Below, piece after piece: positions 39,932-51,068 of a stretch of DNA of 64,000 nt (its first letter is position 1; every line of letters begins with the position of its first letter). Origin of the DNA: a virus (Duplodnaviria > Caudoviricetes); IMG/VR virus record IMGVR_UViG_3300001528_000378, positions 94,132-158,131 of that record. The stretch is one strand, 5' to 3'. Made by a program: the position numbers and the translations under genes. The notes below the pieces were generated by a model, which worked only from the letters and a program-made list of their open reading frames with translations, was not told the origin of the DNA and searched no databases.

Positions 39932-41530
39932 ATGGATTTTAATTGCATAGACATTAGAGAGCTATTAGACAGCACACTAAGTAAATGGTTTGATAATCCT
40001 AGTGATAAAAGCCCAAATTTAGATGATTTGGGCATACAGCTTGATTGTAATGATACAACTAGGGATACTTCAAAGGATACTAAGGAACGCTTTGTAGAGC
40101 CATCTGTTGTTCCACAAGTTTATGTAAATGAGTATAATGAAGATATAGACCCTACTTGGACAGATATGGAAAATGCAAAATGGGCTTCTAAAAAGGAAGC
40201 GGACTTAGTTGGTAATACAGACCAAGAGGGGGATGTTTTCATGTATAATTATAGGTCTGACCAAGAAGAACCAGAAAAAGACTTTTTGACAGATGAAATA
40301 TATCCAAGTGGTATTGAACCTAGGTTTTATATGAAAGCAGAAGACGGACAAAGCCAAACTGGTGTTGTAAATAATGTGGTAGATAATGTAAAAGACAGTG
40401 TGTCAGAGAGTGTAACACCACAAGTTGGCGGAACAGCAGGAACACCTAGGATGTATGGGGCAAAGCCTTCTGGTGATAAACAAATGAAAAACTATGCAGT
40501 TATGACCAATAATTTTAAAAAAGAAGCAGAGGAAAAGTCATTGGAAGATTTGCAATCTGAGTCTGGAGAGCTGCATGATGAATATGATAAACTATATCAA
40601 AAATTAGTAAATGAGGAAGCCTCTGGAATAGCTGGACAGTATGCAGAAGAATACATAGCTAATATAAAAAATAAATTAAATTCTGCTAATATAGTGAGTG
40701 ATATAGCAAATGCACTTTCTACCGATGATGAGTCTGTATTAGACATATACGAGGATAGGTTTGGTGGTAAGCGTACTGATGATATATCTAGTATAAAAAA
40801 TGCTTTTATTAATGATGAAGACTGGTTCAACGAAGAGTATGATTATCAGTATAATGATAAGTTGGACTCTAGCTATAAGGATGCAGAGTATAAAGTAGAT
40901 AATAATAGGGACGATTATCCAGAATTAAAAGATATATATGATAAGATGTGTAAAGTAGATGATGAACTTGAATCTATTGAACTTAAACCTTATGATGATT
41001 TAGAGGATAAAGTAAGGGAAATAGCAAAGGAATATGGTTTTAATGTTGGTCATACAATTTACTCTCAATCGTCAAATAGTAGATATTTATCCTTATTTAA
41101 GGATAATACCTACTATAAAGTAAGGATTTCTAACCATGATGACGTATCTATGTTTGGCCCAAGGGATAGTGATATTACTCTACAAGTGGACAATTCTATG
41201 GAAGAAAATTTATTAGAATTAGAGCAGTTACTTCAAAAGAGTGCCTCATTATTTACAATTACATCCATAGATAAAATAGCAGATTTATTTGGAGATGGGG
41301 TAAGACAAGATGAAATACCCAATTCAGAAAACAAGTTTTTGAATAGGTCCCCCATTACAGAAGTAAATAAAGACCAGAAAGATGAACTGATGGAAAAAGC
41401 AAAAAAAGTAAACAAGCCAGTAACATATATTCCAAAAGACTTAAATTTTCCATTCATTGAGGATGAGATGACTGGAAATAAATTATTTTATAGTGATACG
41501 GATTTTTTGTTAGATGACTTGTATCAATAA
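39932..41530 (+). CDS. Acidic modular putative internal head protein
   Basis: KKEA motifs; SxY...VRISNH module. Confidence 0.55.
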   Translation: MDFNCIDIRELLDSTLSKWFDNPSDKSPNLDDLGIQLDCNDTTRDTSKDTKERFVEPSVVPQVYVNEYNEDIDPTWTDMENAKWASKKEADLVGNTDQEGDVFMYNYRSDQEEPEKDFLTDEIYPSGIEPRFYMKAEDGQSQTGVVNNVVDNVKDSVSESVTPQVGGTAGTPRMYGAKPSGDKQMKNYAVMTNNFKKEAEEKSLEDLQSESGELHDEYDKLYQKLVNEEASGIAGQYAEEYIANIKNKLNSANIVSDIANALSTDDESVLDIYEDRFGGKRTDDISSIKNAFINDEDWFNEEYDYQYNDKLDSSYKDAEYKVDNNRDDYPELKDIYDKMCKVDDELESIELKPYDDLEDKVREIAKEYGFNVGHTIYSQSSNSRYLSLFKDNTYYKVRISNHDDVSMFGPRDSDITLQVDNSMEENLLELEQLLQKSASLFTITSIDKIADLFGDGVRQDEIPNSENKFLNRSPITEVNKDQKDELMEKAKKVNKPVTYIPKDLNFPFIEDEMTGNKLFYSDTDFLLDDLYQ

Positions 41531-41559
41531 TGTGAAGAATATTTAACGAGGAAAACTAA

Positions 41560-43926
41560 ATGGATATTAACAAATTACTTAAAGATGTAAAATCTTTTAA
41601 TAAAGAAGCAGCTATGAAAGAAAATATGCGTATGCTTGCTTTGAAAGACAGTATTGTATTAGATGCTTTTAATGAAGCAAATGTGAAACTTGCTTCTTAT
41701 TTTGGTGGTATTAAACTTGATTCCCCAGAATCTAATTTAACTGAATTTTCTAGAAATAAATTAAGTGGTAAAATGAAAGCAATTCTTTCTGTTTCCACCA
41801 CTGCTGGTTTGAAAAGACTTCCTATTCACTTTGTGGTAAAAGCATCTGTTCCTTATATGGTTGAAACGCCAGAACAAGTTGTTGCTGCTTTGGAAAATGT
41901 GGAAGGCAGCTTGGATAAAGAAGTAAGAGAAATCTTGGAAAAACAAAAAGGTTTAACAGATTATCACAATGAAGATATTGAAGTAAAAGCAGACGGATTA
42001 CCCGGAGATAAGTATAAACAGGTGTGGTTTAAGAAAGATGGTAAGTCAATTTGGGAACCATGGGGACCAATTAGAGATTTAAATGATTTTAATAGAGATT
42101 TCAATGATTGGGTAAATGACTATTTTGAAAGTGAGCCTGATATGAGATATTGTGAAAATTGGGATGAAGCACTTGAAGTCTTAAATACAAAAGGTGCTAG
42201 TGCTCGTGCTGGGTGGTTTACTTTAGAAGATGATGGTGTTGACCCAAATACAACTACAGCGTCAGCCAATTCAAATATCACAGTACAAGCCAAGAAAAAA
42301 GAAATCAATTTAGTTAATAGAGAAAACACAGCTGCTTCTCAATTTCCAGTTAAACTATTGGTTTATCCTAAAACTTATTTACCAGAATTAAAGAAAGGCG
42401 ATGTGGTAAATGTAGGTGGTTTCAAATATAAATATATTGGTGACGAACCTTTATTAAATGGTGATACAGAAAATGGTATCAATGCTCGTTTTGAGTTAAT
42501 GAGGACGGATAAAAAGGCTTCCTTAAGTAAAAAAGCCAAAGTTGAAGAAGACACAGAAAAATGTGCTATCTGTGACGAGTATTTTCCTGTTTCAGATATG
42601 ATAGACGAATCAGATTTTGGGTATGTATGTGATAAGTGCTTTCGTGGTTTAAAATCAAGAGGGGAAGATTTACATAAGAAAGCAGCCGATGATAAAAAAG
42701 AAGAAAAACCTAAAAAATCTGAGGAAGATGAGGATAAAGAACAAAGGGATAAAGACTTCAAAGATAAATTAAAATTTATGCAAGAAGAAAAGCACTTTGA
42801 AGATTTGGACCCAAGCCAATTAATGTCTATGGTGACCACATATAGATATTATCACATGCATTTACCAAAAGAAGCATTAGATGCTATTTCTCAAAGTGCA
42901 GATTCTGCATCTAGGTATATGTCTTCTTTTGATAGTTTGGATGAAGCTTTTGAAGAAGCTACACCTAAAATTATTGAAAGGGTTGTTTCTTCCCCAAAAT
43001 ACTTAGTTGGTGTATTAAAAAACTATTCAGATGATATTAGTTTTGATACTTTACCAAAACAAGTCAAGGATAAACTGATGGGGGATGTTGTAGCTTTGGT
43101 TGAAGTGGTAAATTCTGCCCCAAGTTTGTTAACAGAAGAAGTAGCAGAAAAAATTATTAAAGAAAGTCCTACTGAAGCCGAAACTATCTATTCTACTTTT
43201 GGTACTGTTGAAGAAAAGGGTAAAGGTTGGGATAAAATTAAAGAATGGGCTGAAGAAAAGAAATTAGACCAAGCTCCAACAAATGAAGAGATTGGAATTT
43301 CCCAGGATGATCAACCATATAAGCCTAATGTAAAAAAGGATAAGAGTGTGGATGATGACTATGCTGCTATGGGTACAGAGGAAGATTCTGAACCATATAA
43401 TCCTTCAAACAAGGAAGAAGTTTTAGGACCTAATAAGAATGACTTACAAGTTGAGGACGAGGAAGATAAAAAGGCAAGTGTAGACAACAGCCTTAAGAAA
43501 GAGGCAGAAGCTACTGACTTTTCAACTGATTTGTCCAAAATTAAATTAGACATTTCTAGTAAGTATATTTCTAATATTTTAAAAGAGCAAGGAATTACAG
43601 TTGGTCAAGAGAGTGAATCCTACGCCATTAATTCTGTTGAATCTGATGGTGCTTTAAAATGGAAATTTGATTTTAGTGGTGGTACAGATGGTATTGAATA
43701 CTTCCAAATAAATGTTCCAGATCAAACTATTCCTGTTAAAGTAGAATACTATACAGCAGAAGAATACAACAATGAAAATGGTGGGGAACCCACAACTACT
43801 GATATTCAATTACCTTTGTCTAATGTAACAGTAGTGGCACAAACAATGAACACTATGGATGGTATGACTTTATACCCGAAATCTCTTGAAGTAAATGATA
43901 ATGGTGGAGTAGAGGTTTCTTTCTAA
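41560..43926 (+). CDS. Acidic modular putative internal head protein
   Basis: KKAS/KKAA/KKEA motifs bounding a Zn finger (CAIC..CDKC) and helical repeats. Confidence 0.55.
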   Translation: MDINKLLKDVKSFNKEAAMKENMRMLALKDSIVLDAFNEANVKLASYFGGIKLDSPESNLTEFSRNKLSGKMKAILSVSTTAGLKRLPIHFVVKASVPYMVETPEQVVAALENVEGSLDKEVREILEKQKGLTDYHNEDIEVKADGLPGDKYKQVWFKKDGKSIWEPWGPIRDLNDFNRDFNDWVNDYFESEPDMRYCENWDEALEVLNTKGASARAGWFTLEDDGVDPNTTTASANSNITVQAKKKEINLVNRENTAASQFPVKLLVYPKTYLPELKKGDVVNVGGFKYKYIGDEPLLNGDTENGINARFELMRTDKKASLSKKAKVEEDTEKCAICDEYFPVSDMIDESDFGYVCDKCFRGLKSRGEDLHKKAADDKKEEKPKKSEEDEDKEQRDKDFKDKLKFMQEEKHFEDLDPSQLMSMVTTYRYYHMHLPKEALDAISQSADSASRYMSSFDSLDEAFEEATPKIIERVVSSPKYLVGVLKNYSDDISFDTLPKQVKDKLMGDVVALVEVVNSAPSLLTEEVAEKIIKESPTEAETIYSTFGTVEEKGKGWDKIKEWAEEKKLDQAPTNEEIGISQDDQPYKPNVKKDKSVDDDYAAMGTEEDSEPYNPSNKEEVLGPNKNDLQVEDEEDKKASVDNSLKKEAEATDFSTDLSKIKLDISSKYISNILKEQGITVGQESESYAINSVESDGALKWKFDFSGGTDGIEYFQINVPDQTIPVKVEYYTAEEYNNENGGEPTTTDIQLPLSNVTVVAQTMNTMDGMTLYPKSLEVNDNGGVEVSF

Positions 43927-43946
43927 TAAGGAGAATTTAGTTTAAT

Positions 43947-45101
43947 ATGATTAATTATAAAAAAGCAGGTTTTGATAGCTTAAAAAGTATGTTTGATACA
44001 ATGCTTGATTTACAAGCAAAGGAAGACCATAAAGGTTTTGTTAAACTATGCTCCATGTTGAATAAGGAACAGAAACTAGGTTTTATTGACTATAGCAAAT
44101 CCCACCAAGCATTCGCAAGTGCTATGAAAGACATGGCCTGTGAACTAATGGGGGGATTTACAGTAGAAAAGGCTTACATGGATATCATTTCTATGGAACT
44201 TAATAAATTTGGCTATATGATAACTAATTCAGATGGTGGTGCATATCCAGAAATTAGTTTTACAGATAATCAGTTTATTGAGGGTAGGGTGTCACCTCTT
44301 GATAAAAAAGTATATATGAAAGCAGTAGATGCAGATGAAAAAGTGTATGAAAAGAATGTCACCTATAATACTCTTGAAGATATGTTAGATAGCATTAATC
44401 ATTTTCAGGAAGACATTTCTGAAACATTTAAAAATAAGGCTGTTCCGGAGTGTTCAATGGATACAATGCTTCAGGATGAAGATTTTATGAAGTCTATCGA
44501 CACTGAGGCATTTATGCCAAAAAAAGAAGCAGATGTAGAAAATGATATTGCAGTAAATGAGCTGTATTTATATGCAGTAAATGATGGCCAGTTATATTAT
44601 CAAATGGTGCAACCAACTATTAAAAACTATGCTAGAAAAATGCTCAAAAATGTGTTTGATGAAGATCTAGCAGTAAAAGGTTTTTTGTATGTGGTTAATG
44701 AAGCATTAAAGAGATATAATGATGAATTAGGCGAGTTAAAATTGTCATCAGAAGAAAAGAAAGAAGTAGCCAAAAGAATGCTGGACCACTATATGGACGA
44801 AATCAAAGATACTGTTGACCAGATTTCTATTGGAAAGGTAGAAAAAGAAAGTAAGGAAGATGAAGATTTTGATAGAAAAGTAGCCACATTAAGTGATGAC
44901 TCTATGGAGGCTCTAATTCTGGCCAAATATTTAAAAGAAGACCCAAAAGATGTATCCACAAATGATGGTGAAAACTATTCTGTTAAAAATAGAACAGAAG
45001 TATTTAAGATTAGTGATAAACCATTAAGCATTAAAGAGCAAGGATATAAGGAAGATTCCATTATGGAAGATGGAAAAGAATACTTTATCTATTGGAAATA
45101 A
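43947..45101 (+). CDS. Modular putative internal head protein
   Basis: ELYLYAVNDGQLY module bounded by KKEA and KES. Confidence 0.55.
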   Translation: MINYKKAGFDSLKSMFDTMLDLQAKEDHKGFVKLCSMLNKEQKLGFIDYSKSHQAFASAMKDMACELMGGFTVEKAYMDIISMELNKFGYMITNSDGGAYPEISFTDNQFIEGRVSPLDKKVYMKAVDADEKVYEKNVTYNTLEDMLDSINHFQEDISETFKNKAVPECSMDTMLQDEDFMKSIDTEAFMPKKEADVENDIAVNELYLYAVNDGQLYYQMVQPTIKNYARKMLKNVFDEDLAVKGFLYVVNEALKRYNDELGELKLSSEEKKEVAKRMLDHYMDEIKDTVDQISIGKVEKESKEDEDFDRKVATLSDDSMEALILAKYLKEDPKDVSTNDGENYSVKNRTEVFKISDKPLSIKEQGYKEDSIMEDGKEYFIYWK

Positions 45102-45505
45102 ATATGCCTTTATTTACTTATGATAATTTAAAAAAGTATAATCCTCAGGGTAATAATATAGACCCTGAGGAAGTATACACCAATAAGAAACTGCAAGATG
45201 ATTATACCAAACTTACAAGTAATGGTGAAACTATTGCAGTTATAATTCCTTTTCACAAAGAAAATGTAGATATGAAAAATATAACTACAGAGGACAATGG
45301 AACTGTCAATATTTCTGAACTTATTAGAGATAATAATGGTGAAACAGATATTAGTTATGAAGAGGAAGAAGACCCAGAAAATAAAGAGCGTGGTGAATTT
45401 AGAAAAAGATTAAATGACTCAAAGCAACACATGGTTGATGTGGAAGAAAATCAGAATGTATATACAGAGTCTTCATTTGAGTTTACCACCATTGATAAGA
45501 TTTGA
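45092..45505 (+). CDS. Hypothetical acidic protein
   Basis: Operon-coupled ORF. Confidence 0.5.
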   Translation: MEINMPLFTYDNLKKYNPQGNNIDPEEVYTNKKLQDDYTKLTSNGETIAVIIPFHKENVDMKNITTEDNGTVNISELIRDNNGETDISYEEEEDPENKERGEFRKRLNDSKQHMVDVEENQNVYTESSFEFTTIDKI

Positions 45506-46383
45506 GAGGTTTTATGAATATAAAAGAGAGCAGACGGGTATTCAATTTGGCTATTTCAAAGAAAGGAAACAGATTTGATATTGTACGGTATAATAATGGT
45601 TTTGATAATCAACCAGATATTATACTAAAAAACATCTGTAAGGAAGATTTGCAGGCAAAGTTTAATAGGGCTATTGAACTTATTGGTAGTACAATGAAAG
45701 AGTGGGGAGTTTTTTTAAGGCCAGATTCAAGGAATAAACTTGTAGAGTTAGTGCTTATTATTGAAGATTCTGGTATTAATACATCTGATATTAAGATACA
45801 AGAAAACGGTCTAATTTATTTCAAAACAAAAGGTGAAACAGACGAGCTGGTAGAAAAAAATGTGGAGTCTGTTTTGAGAGATGGTGGTTTTGAGTATAAT
45901 GATGACACCATTACAGTTGTTCGTGGGGATGCCATTGTTTCAGATAAGAAGGCCTCAGTTAATGAAATTGGTTTTGAATACCCTGCAACAAATACAGTGT
46001 ATCAAAAGACTACAAAGGATAATATTGATACAAGAATAGACCCACAACCCCAATTTGATGACAGAGAAAAACAGGAATATGAAGCACTTAAATTATATCC
46101 AGTTTTGCAAGGAAATCCAGAGTTAAAAGCAAGGTTTGACTATTTAAATAAAAAATATGGGTATGTTCAACACTCTCCGTCTATGGATGCTAATGATACA
46201 GACCCCATTAAAGAAGTTGAACCAAAAGTAAATAAGGTAGAAGTTTATTTGGAAAGACTTACAAAAAACTTTTCTTCTGCACAGGAATTATTACAAGATA
46301 TGATTACAAATGGTATTTCTGTGGAAGAAATCAAAGAGTTTAATAAAAATAATCCAAAAGAACTAGCAAAGCACATTGGTTAG
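45502..46383 (+). CDS. Hypothetical protein
   Basis: Operon-coupled ORF; KKAS motif. Confidence 0.5.
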   Translation: MRGFMNIKESRRVFNLAISKKGNRFDIVRYNNGFDNQPDIILKNICKEDLQAKFNRAIELIGSTMKEWGVFLRPDSRNKLVELVLIIEDSGINTSDIKIQENGLIYFKTKGETDELVEKNVESVLRDGGFEYNDDTITVVRGDAIVSDKKASVNEIGFEYPATNTVYQKTTKDNIDTRIDPQPQFDDREKQEYEALKLYPVLQGNPELKARFDYLNKKYGYVQHSPSMDANDTDPIKEVEPKVNKVEVYLERLTKNFSSAQELLQDMITNGISVEEIKEFNKNNPKELAKHIG

Positions 46384-46415
46384 TTTACATTTTAGTATTA
46401 TATAGCAGGTAATAT

Positions 46416-48047
46416 ATGTTAGTAGGAAATGAGCTGAGAGATTTTATTATTAAAGCCACAGCAGAAGCAGTTACAGTTAATTCTTCCCTAGATAACTGGG
46501 CTAAGAGTATTGGTGTTCATTTGTGGAAAAATCAGCTTGAAATTCTTGATACCATATTAAATCCTGCTATTAAAAATATAGCCATCACGGCTGCTCGTGG
46601 TGCAGGTAAAACATTTATTATTTCAATCGCATGTATTAAAATGTGTGTTGAAAATAGAGGCTATCGTGTTCTTTTATTTGGTCCAAAAGCAGAGTTGGCA
46701 AACCGTATTTTAGCAGACGGTATTAGACCATTATGTTTAAACAATCCAATACTTTCAGCAGAAGTTGACTGGGATGTTTGTACAAAGAAGGAATTTAGGT
46801 TTAAGAATGGTAGTTGGGTAAGATGTTTGGGTGCTTCTGAAACCACACAGGTTGAAGGGTACCATGCAGATATGATAGTAACCGACGAATCACATCAGAT
46901 TTCCACCCAGTTTTATAATTTACGTGTATCACCAATGAACTCGGATTCCAAAAATCCAAAGAATATTAAAATTGGTATTACAATGTATGATAACCACTTT
47001 AGGCAGTCTTGTAAATCATCTAAGTGGAAATGGTTAAATTATCCATGGTATAAGTGTGAAAATATTTATAACCCGAATGATTTGATAAATATTAATGGTG
47101 TAGACTATCCAAATGATATTGTAGATAGGATGCCCCTATCTATGAAGTTAAAGAGATGGCCAAATAACCCGGAAGTTCATTTTGAATCCTCAGTGAACCT
47201 TAGCGAAGAAGATTTCAAAACACAATACGAGATGCAGTGGGTAGACTCTATATCGGGTCTTTTAACTGGTGAAGACCAAGCCAAGTTAGAGGGTGAGCAC
47301 GACTATCTATACTGTGGCCTACCTGATGAAACTTATTATTTTGGTCTAGACTGTGCTGGGGGTTCTCTTATTAAAGAGGGTGTAGACCGTGACTATACGG
47401 AGCTTGTTATTGGAAGGATTGCAGAAAACCATCAAAAGCAAGTAGTTGCACTATATCAGTGGCAGGGTGATTTAACAGTTCAAGTAGAAGAAATAATGCA
47501 TATTATTACAAATGTATTTCCATGTGCATTTGGATGTGCAGACTATTCTACAATGGGTACGGCTATAGTGGACCAGTTTTTATCAAAGCATATACCAATC
47601 GCGGGTATTGCTTATAAGAAAACAGACCCAATATCTGGTAAAAACTATAAAAACTCTCTATTTGACCAGTTTTTATATGAGTTGAGGCATGATAGGTTTA
47701 AGTATCCCTCACTAAAATCTATGTTATCGGAAGACGACCAGATGACAACAAAGGAAGCACAACTACTCAACAAGCATTTAATTGAGTGGGGTGCAGTTGA
47801 AAGAAGAAGGAAAGCAGTTGGTATAAATGATGACATTTCTGCACCAAAAGGTGGTGGGTATCATGATGACTGTGTAAACGCAACTGCATTATTTGTTTGG
47901 GCGTGTGATAAATGTGATGAAGATAAGAAAAGAGTAGGTTTTTTCAAAAAAGATTTTAAGTTTGTAATGCCAAAATTTGGTTCTACAACAACACAGGCAA
48001 GAAATAATTTAGGTAAACCAAGTGGTTCTATGTGGGGTCAGAGATGA
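46416..48047 (+). CDS. terL: Terminase large subunit
   Basis: Walker A AARGAGKT, Walker B VTDE, nuclease GLDCAG and HDDCVNA; directly upstream of portal. Confidence 0.9.
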   Translation: MLVGNELRDFIIKATAEAVTVNSSLDNWAKSIGVHLWKNQLEILDTILNPAIKNIAITAARGAGKTFIISIACIKMCVENRGYRVLLFGPKAELANRILADGIRPLCLNNPILSAEVDWDVCTKKEFRFKNGSWVRCLGASETTQVEGYHADMIVTDESHQISTQFYNLRVSPMNSDSKNPKNIKIGITMYDNHFRQSCKSSKWKWLNYPWYKCENIYNPNDLININGVDYPNDIVDRMPLSMKLKRWPNNPEVHFESSVNLSEEDFKTQYEMQWVDSISGLLTGEDQAKLEGEHDYLYCGLPDETYYFGLDCAGGSLIKEGVDRDYTELVIGRIAENHQKQVVALYQWQGDLTVQVEEIMHIITNVFPCAFGCADYSTMGTAIVDQFLSKHIPIAGIAYKKTDPISGKNYKNSLFDQFLYELRHDRFKYPSLKSMLSEDDQMTTKEAQLLNKHLIEWGAVERRRKAVGINDDISAPKGGGYHDDCVNATALFVWACDKCDEDKKRVGFFKKDFKFVMPKFGSTTTQARNNLGKPSGSMWGQR

Positions 48048-48292
48048 GTACAATAGGTTATATTAAAGGGAAAGTAAGGGATATACAACCAATTTTAGAT
48101 GAAAGTACACAGGTACTCATGGATTGTTTAGAGGAATTGAGGGCTTGTGGTATATTTTCGGAAGAGATAGCTCATATGGCTACTTCAATAGAAAATTTGG
48201 AAAAAGTAAGTAGTTTATTACAAAATAGACTAGATATTTTTAAGGAATATGATAATAGTATTTCGTCAGAAGAAATAGAAGAGGATAAATAG
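48032..48292 (+). CDS. Small helical protein
   Basis: Between terminase and portal. Confidence 0.5.
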   Translation: MGSEMSTIGYIKGKVRDIQPILDESTQVLMDCLEELRACGIFSEEIAHMATSIENLEKVSSLLQNRLDIFKEYDNSISSEEIEEDK

Positions 48293-48298
48293 CACACT

Positions 48299-50824
48299 AT
48301 GGCAAAGAATTTGATTACAGGTAACACAGGCAGTAAAAGAAGTGGTAAATTTTCAAAGTATGCAAATCCTACTTTTATTACAAAGAATGAAAATCTGATG
48401 ACTGGTGTGGTAAAGTCTGATTTTGGTAAGACTGCATACTATGATACCGAGCAAACAATTCCTAATTTTTACACACCTGAACTTACACCAGAAACTTACT
48501 TACTCCCTAGATCGCGTGCGGAAATTTTACGTTGGAGCAGATTATTCTTCAATCTAGACCCCTATATTAATTCCATTCTTACGATGCACGCGCAGTACCC
48601 AATTTCCAATTTTAGGCTTGCATATAAGGATAAAGATACAGAAGCATTTTTTAACAGAAAATTATTTGATAACAAAGAGTTTAGTTGGATAGATTTTTTG
48701 GAACAAGTGATGCTTTCCTATTTCAAGCTAGGGGAGGCTGTTGTTTGGGCAGATTGGTCTGAATCAAAGGGTACCTGGAACGGTTTTTCATTAATAGACC
48801 CATCTTTAATTGAGTATAAGGAAGACCCAATGTCTGGTGATGTTGAGATGTCTATTATTCCCACTAGAGAACTCAAACAAATGCTTGCAGATGGTTTGAA
48901 GCAGGGTAGAACGGATATCCCAGTAGAATATATTAGATGCGTACAAGAAAACCAAAAAATTCCATTGGATGCAACTGGTACGGAACCAAACTATTTAACT
49001 GGTAAGAAGTATTCCCCAGCCAAAGTTTTTATGCTTGCCAGGAAGACAGATCCTGGCGCGACACGTGGGACACCAATTACACAGTGTGCTAGGTATAGTA
49101 CAAAGATAAAGTTATTAGAGGGTACAACCAAGTGTATTGGTGACTTATACAAAGAGGGTGCAAAAGATTTCTGGGTGTATTCTATTGATGACAATGGAAA
49201 CATTATACCAAAAAAAGCGTCTAAAGTAATTTATCAGGGTAAAAAACTCACATATGATATAACACTAGATAATGGGGAAGTATTAGGTTTCACATCAGAC
49301 CATCCATTTCTTATGAGAGATGGAAGTTGGAAAGAGGTGAAAGACCTAAAACCTGGTGATGAGTTATTTTCAGATAAAAAGGTTTCTGTTGTCTCAATAA
49401 ATAAAAGCATAGAAGAGGATGTATATGACATTGAATCTGTGGAAGATACACATGTATTTGGTGTTTTGTGTAATAATGGTTCAATGGTATTTGTGCATAA
49501 CTGTCTTTTTAAATGCGTAACAGGGGATACACATATTGCATTACTAGATGGTACAAATCCAACTATTAAAGAGCTTGCTGAATTTGGTAAAAAAGATTTC
49601 TGGGTATATGGTGCAGATCAACAGGGGAATATCGTTCCTGCAAAAGCAGAGTGTGCTGTCTATATTAAAGATGAGGAGACAGTAGAGGTTTTATTAGATA
49701 ATGGTTCTAAAATAAGATGTACAAAAGACCACCCACTCTTTTTAAGAGATATGACTAAGGTAGAAGCACAGAACTTGAAACCAGGTGATTCTTTAATGCC
49801 TTTAAAGGAGGATCTCAGGGTTGTATCAGTAATAGATACAGGTAAAGTAGAGCCTGTATATTGTGTTGCAAATGCAGGAGAAAATCATAATTTTATGATT
49901 TCATTTGAAGATGGAAGTGGTATATTATCTGGAAATACACTTATCTATCAAGATAAAATCAAACTTGCTCAAATCGCATGTGCAGACAGATTACATCTCC
50001 CAATCGAGATATGGACCATTGGTTCATACACAGGCGACCCACAAACTTCCATTATCCCAGATGATGCAATGATAGGTGAGGTAAGGGAAGCTATTAGACA
50101 GGCAACTATGCAACCACCATTTTCTATATTTGTTCCACCATACATTAAGTATGAAGCAGTTGGTGTAAACGGAAAATTGTTGTCCGTTTATGAAGACTTG
50201 GGGTATGTAGAAAATTGTATTTTTGTAGGTTTGGGTGTAAATAAGAACTTAATTTTAGGTGCAGGTCCGTCCTTCTCATCTAGTAAACAAACTTCCTTAT
50301 TTAAGTTAATTAAGACATATAAGATGTTAAGACTTAAACTGGAAGCCTTTATTAAAAGGTATATTTTGCTCCCCATTGCAAAAGCCAACGATATTAAGGA
50401 TGAATATGGTGATTATGTTGTCCCAGATATTGAGTGGGAAGAAAGTTTGCAACCAGAGCAAGATGTAGAAAAATTTAATAATGTGCTGAAACTATGGGAT
50501 AAAGGTTTGGTTTCTACAACCACAGTTTATGAATACTTCCCAGGCAAGTTAGATATTAATCTAGAAAAACAAAGACTTGAGAAGGAACGTGGCTCTATCT
50601 GGGATAAAGGTACTGATCGTTTGGGTAGTAAGGATCAAAGATCAGATTTAAATGAAAAGAAACCAGATACAGGAAATAAGCCTAGTATTCCAACCCCAAG
50701 TGATGGTTCAAAGCCAGCAGAGGGGCTACCACCCCCAATGGGTGGGGATGTAGAAGAGATAGGTGAACCTGAGGTTCCAGAAACCTCAGAAGAATCCCCA
50801 GTAGAAACACCAGCAGAACAATAG
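48299..50824 (+). CDS. Portal protein with two tandem inteins
   Basis: Position; LDPYINS, YFKLGEA, RGTP, GLGV; two Hint domains. Confidence 0.85.
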   Translation: MAKNLITGNTGSKRSGKFSKYANPTFITKNENLMTGVVKSDFGKTAYYDTEQTIPNFYTPELTPETYLLPRSRAEILRWSRLFFNLDPYINSILTMHAQYPISNFRLAYKDKDTEAFFNRKLFDNKEFSWIDFLEQVMLSYFKLGEAVVWADWSESKGTWNGFSLIDPSLIEYKEDPMSGDVEMSIIPTRELKQMLADGLKQGRTDIPVEYIRCVQENQKIPLDATGTEPNYLTGKKYSPAKVFMLARKTDPGATRGTPITQCARYSTKIKLLEGTTKCIGDLYKEGAKDFWVYSIDDNGNIIPKKASKVIYQGKKLTYDITLDNGEVLGFTSDHPFLMRDGSWKEVKDLKPGDELFSDKKVSVVSINKSIEEDVYDIESVEDTHVFGVLCNNGSMVFVHNCLFKCVTGDTHIALLDGTNPTIKELAEFGKKDFWVYGADQQGNIVPAKAECAVYIKDEETVEVLLDNGSKIRCTKDHPLFLRDMTKVEAQNLKPGDSLMPLKEDLRVVSVIDTGKVEPVYCVANAGENHNFMISFEDGSGILSGNTLIYQDKIKLAQIACADRLHLPIEIWTIGSYTGDPQTSIIPDDAMIGEVREAIRQATMQPPFSIFVPPYIKYEAVGVNGKLLSVYEDLGYVENCIFVGLGVNKNLILGAGPSFSSSKQTSLFKLIKTYKMLRLKLEAFIKRYILLPIAKANDIKDEYGDYVVPDIEWEESLQPEQDVEKFNNVLKLWDKGLVSTTTVYEYFPGKLDINLEKQRLEKERGSIWDKGTDRLGSKDQRSDLNEKKPDTGNKPSIPTPSDGSKPAEGLPPPMGGDVEEIGEPEVPETSEESPVETPAEQ
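49085..49501 (+). mobile_element. Mini-intein 1 in portal (139 aa)
   Basis: Q|CARYST...TSDHPF...VYDI...VHN|C. Confidence 0.88.
49514..49936 (+). mobile_element. Mini-intein 2 in portal (141 aa)
   Basis: K|CVTGDT...TKDHPL...VYCV...HNF...SGN|T. Confidence 0.88.
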
Positions 50825-50834
50825 GAGATATAAT

Positions 50835-51020
50835 ATGATTTATAAGAATGGTGCAGTAGTACATTTGGCAGTATTGAAAAAAGCAGAGGACGTAAAAGAA
50901 GTGGTTAAGGACCACAAAGAAGTAAAAGAAGAAAAAGTAGATGTAGAACCCAAGAAAGAAGAACCTACCAAAGAAGAAAAGAAAGAACAAAAAAAGAAAA
51001 ATAAAAAAGAGCATAAATAA
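50835..51020 (+). CDS. Small Lys/Glu-rich protein
   Basis: AGGAG SD; KKA motif. Confidence 0.55.
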   Translation: MIYKNGAVVHLAVLKKAEDVKEVVKDHKEVKEEKVDVEPKKEEPTKEEKKEQKKKNKKEHK

Positions 51021-51068
51021 TAATTTGAAATTGGTTTACACTTTATTATTATATGTAAGGGTAAAAGT

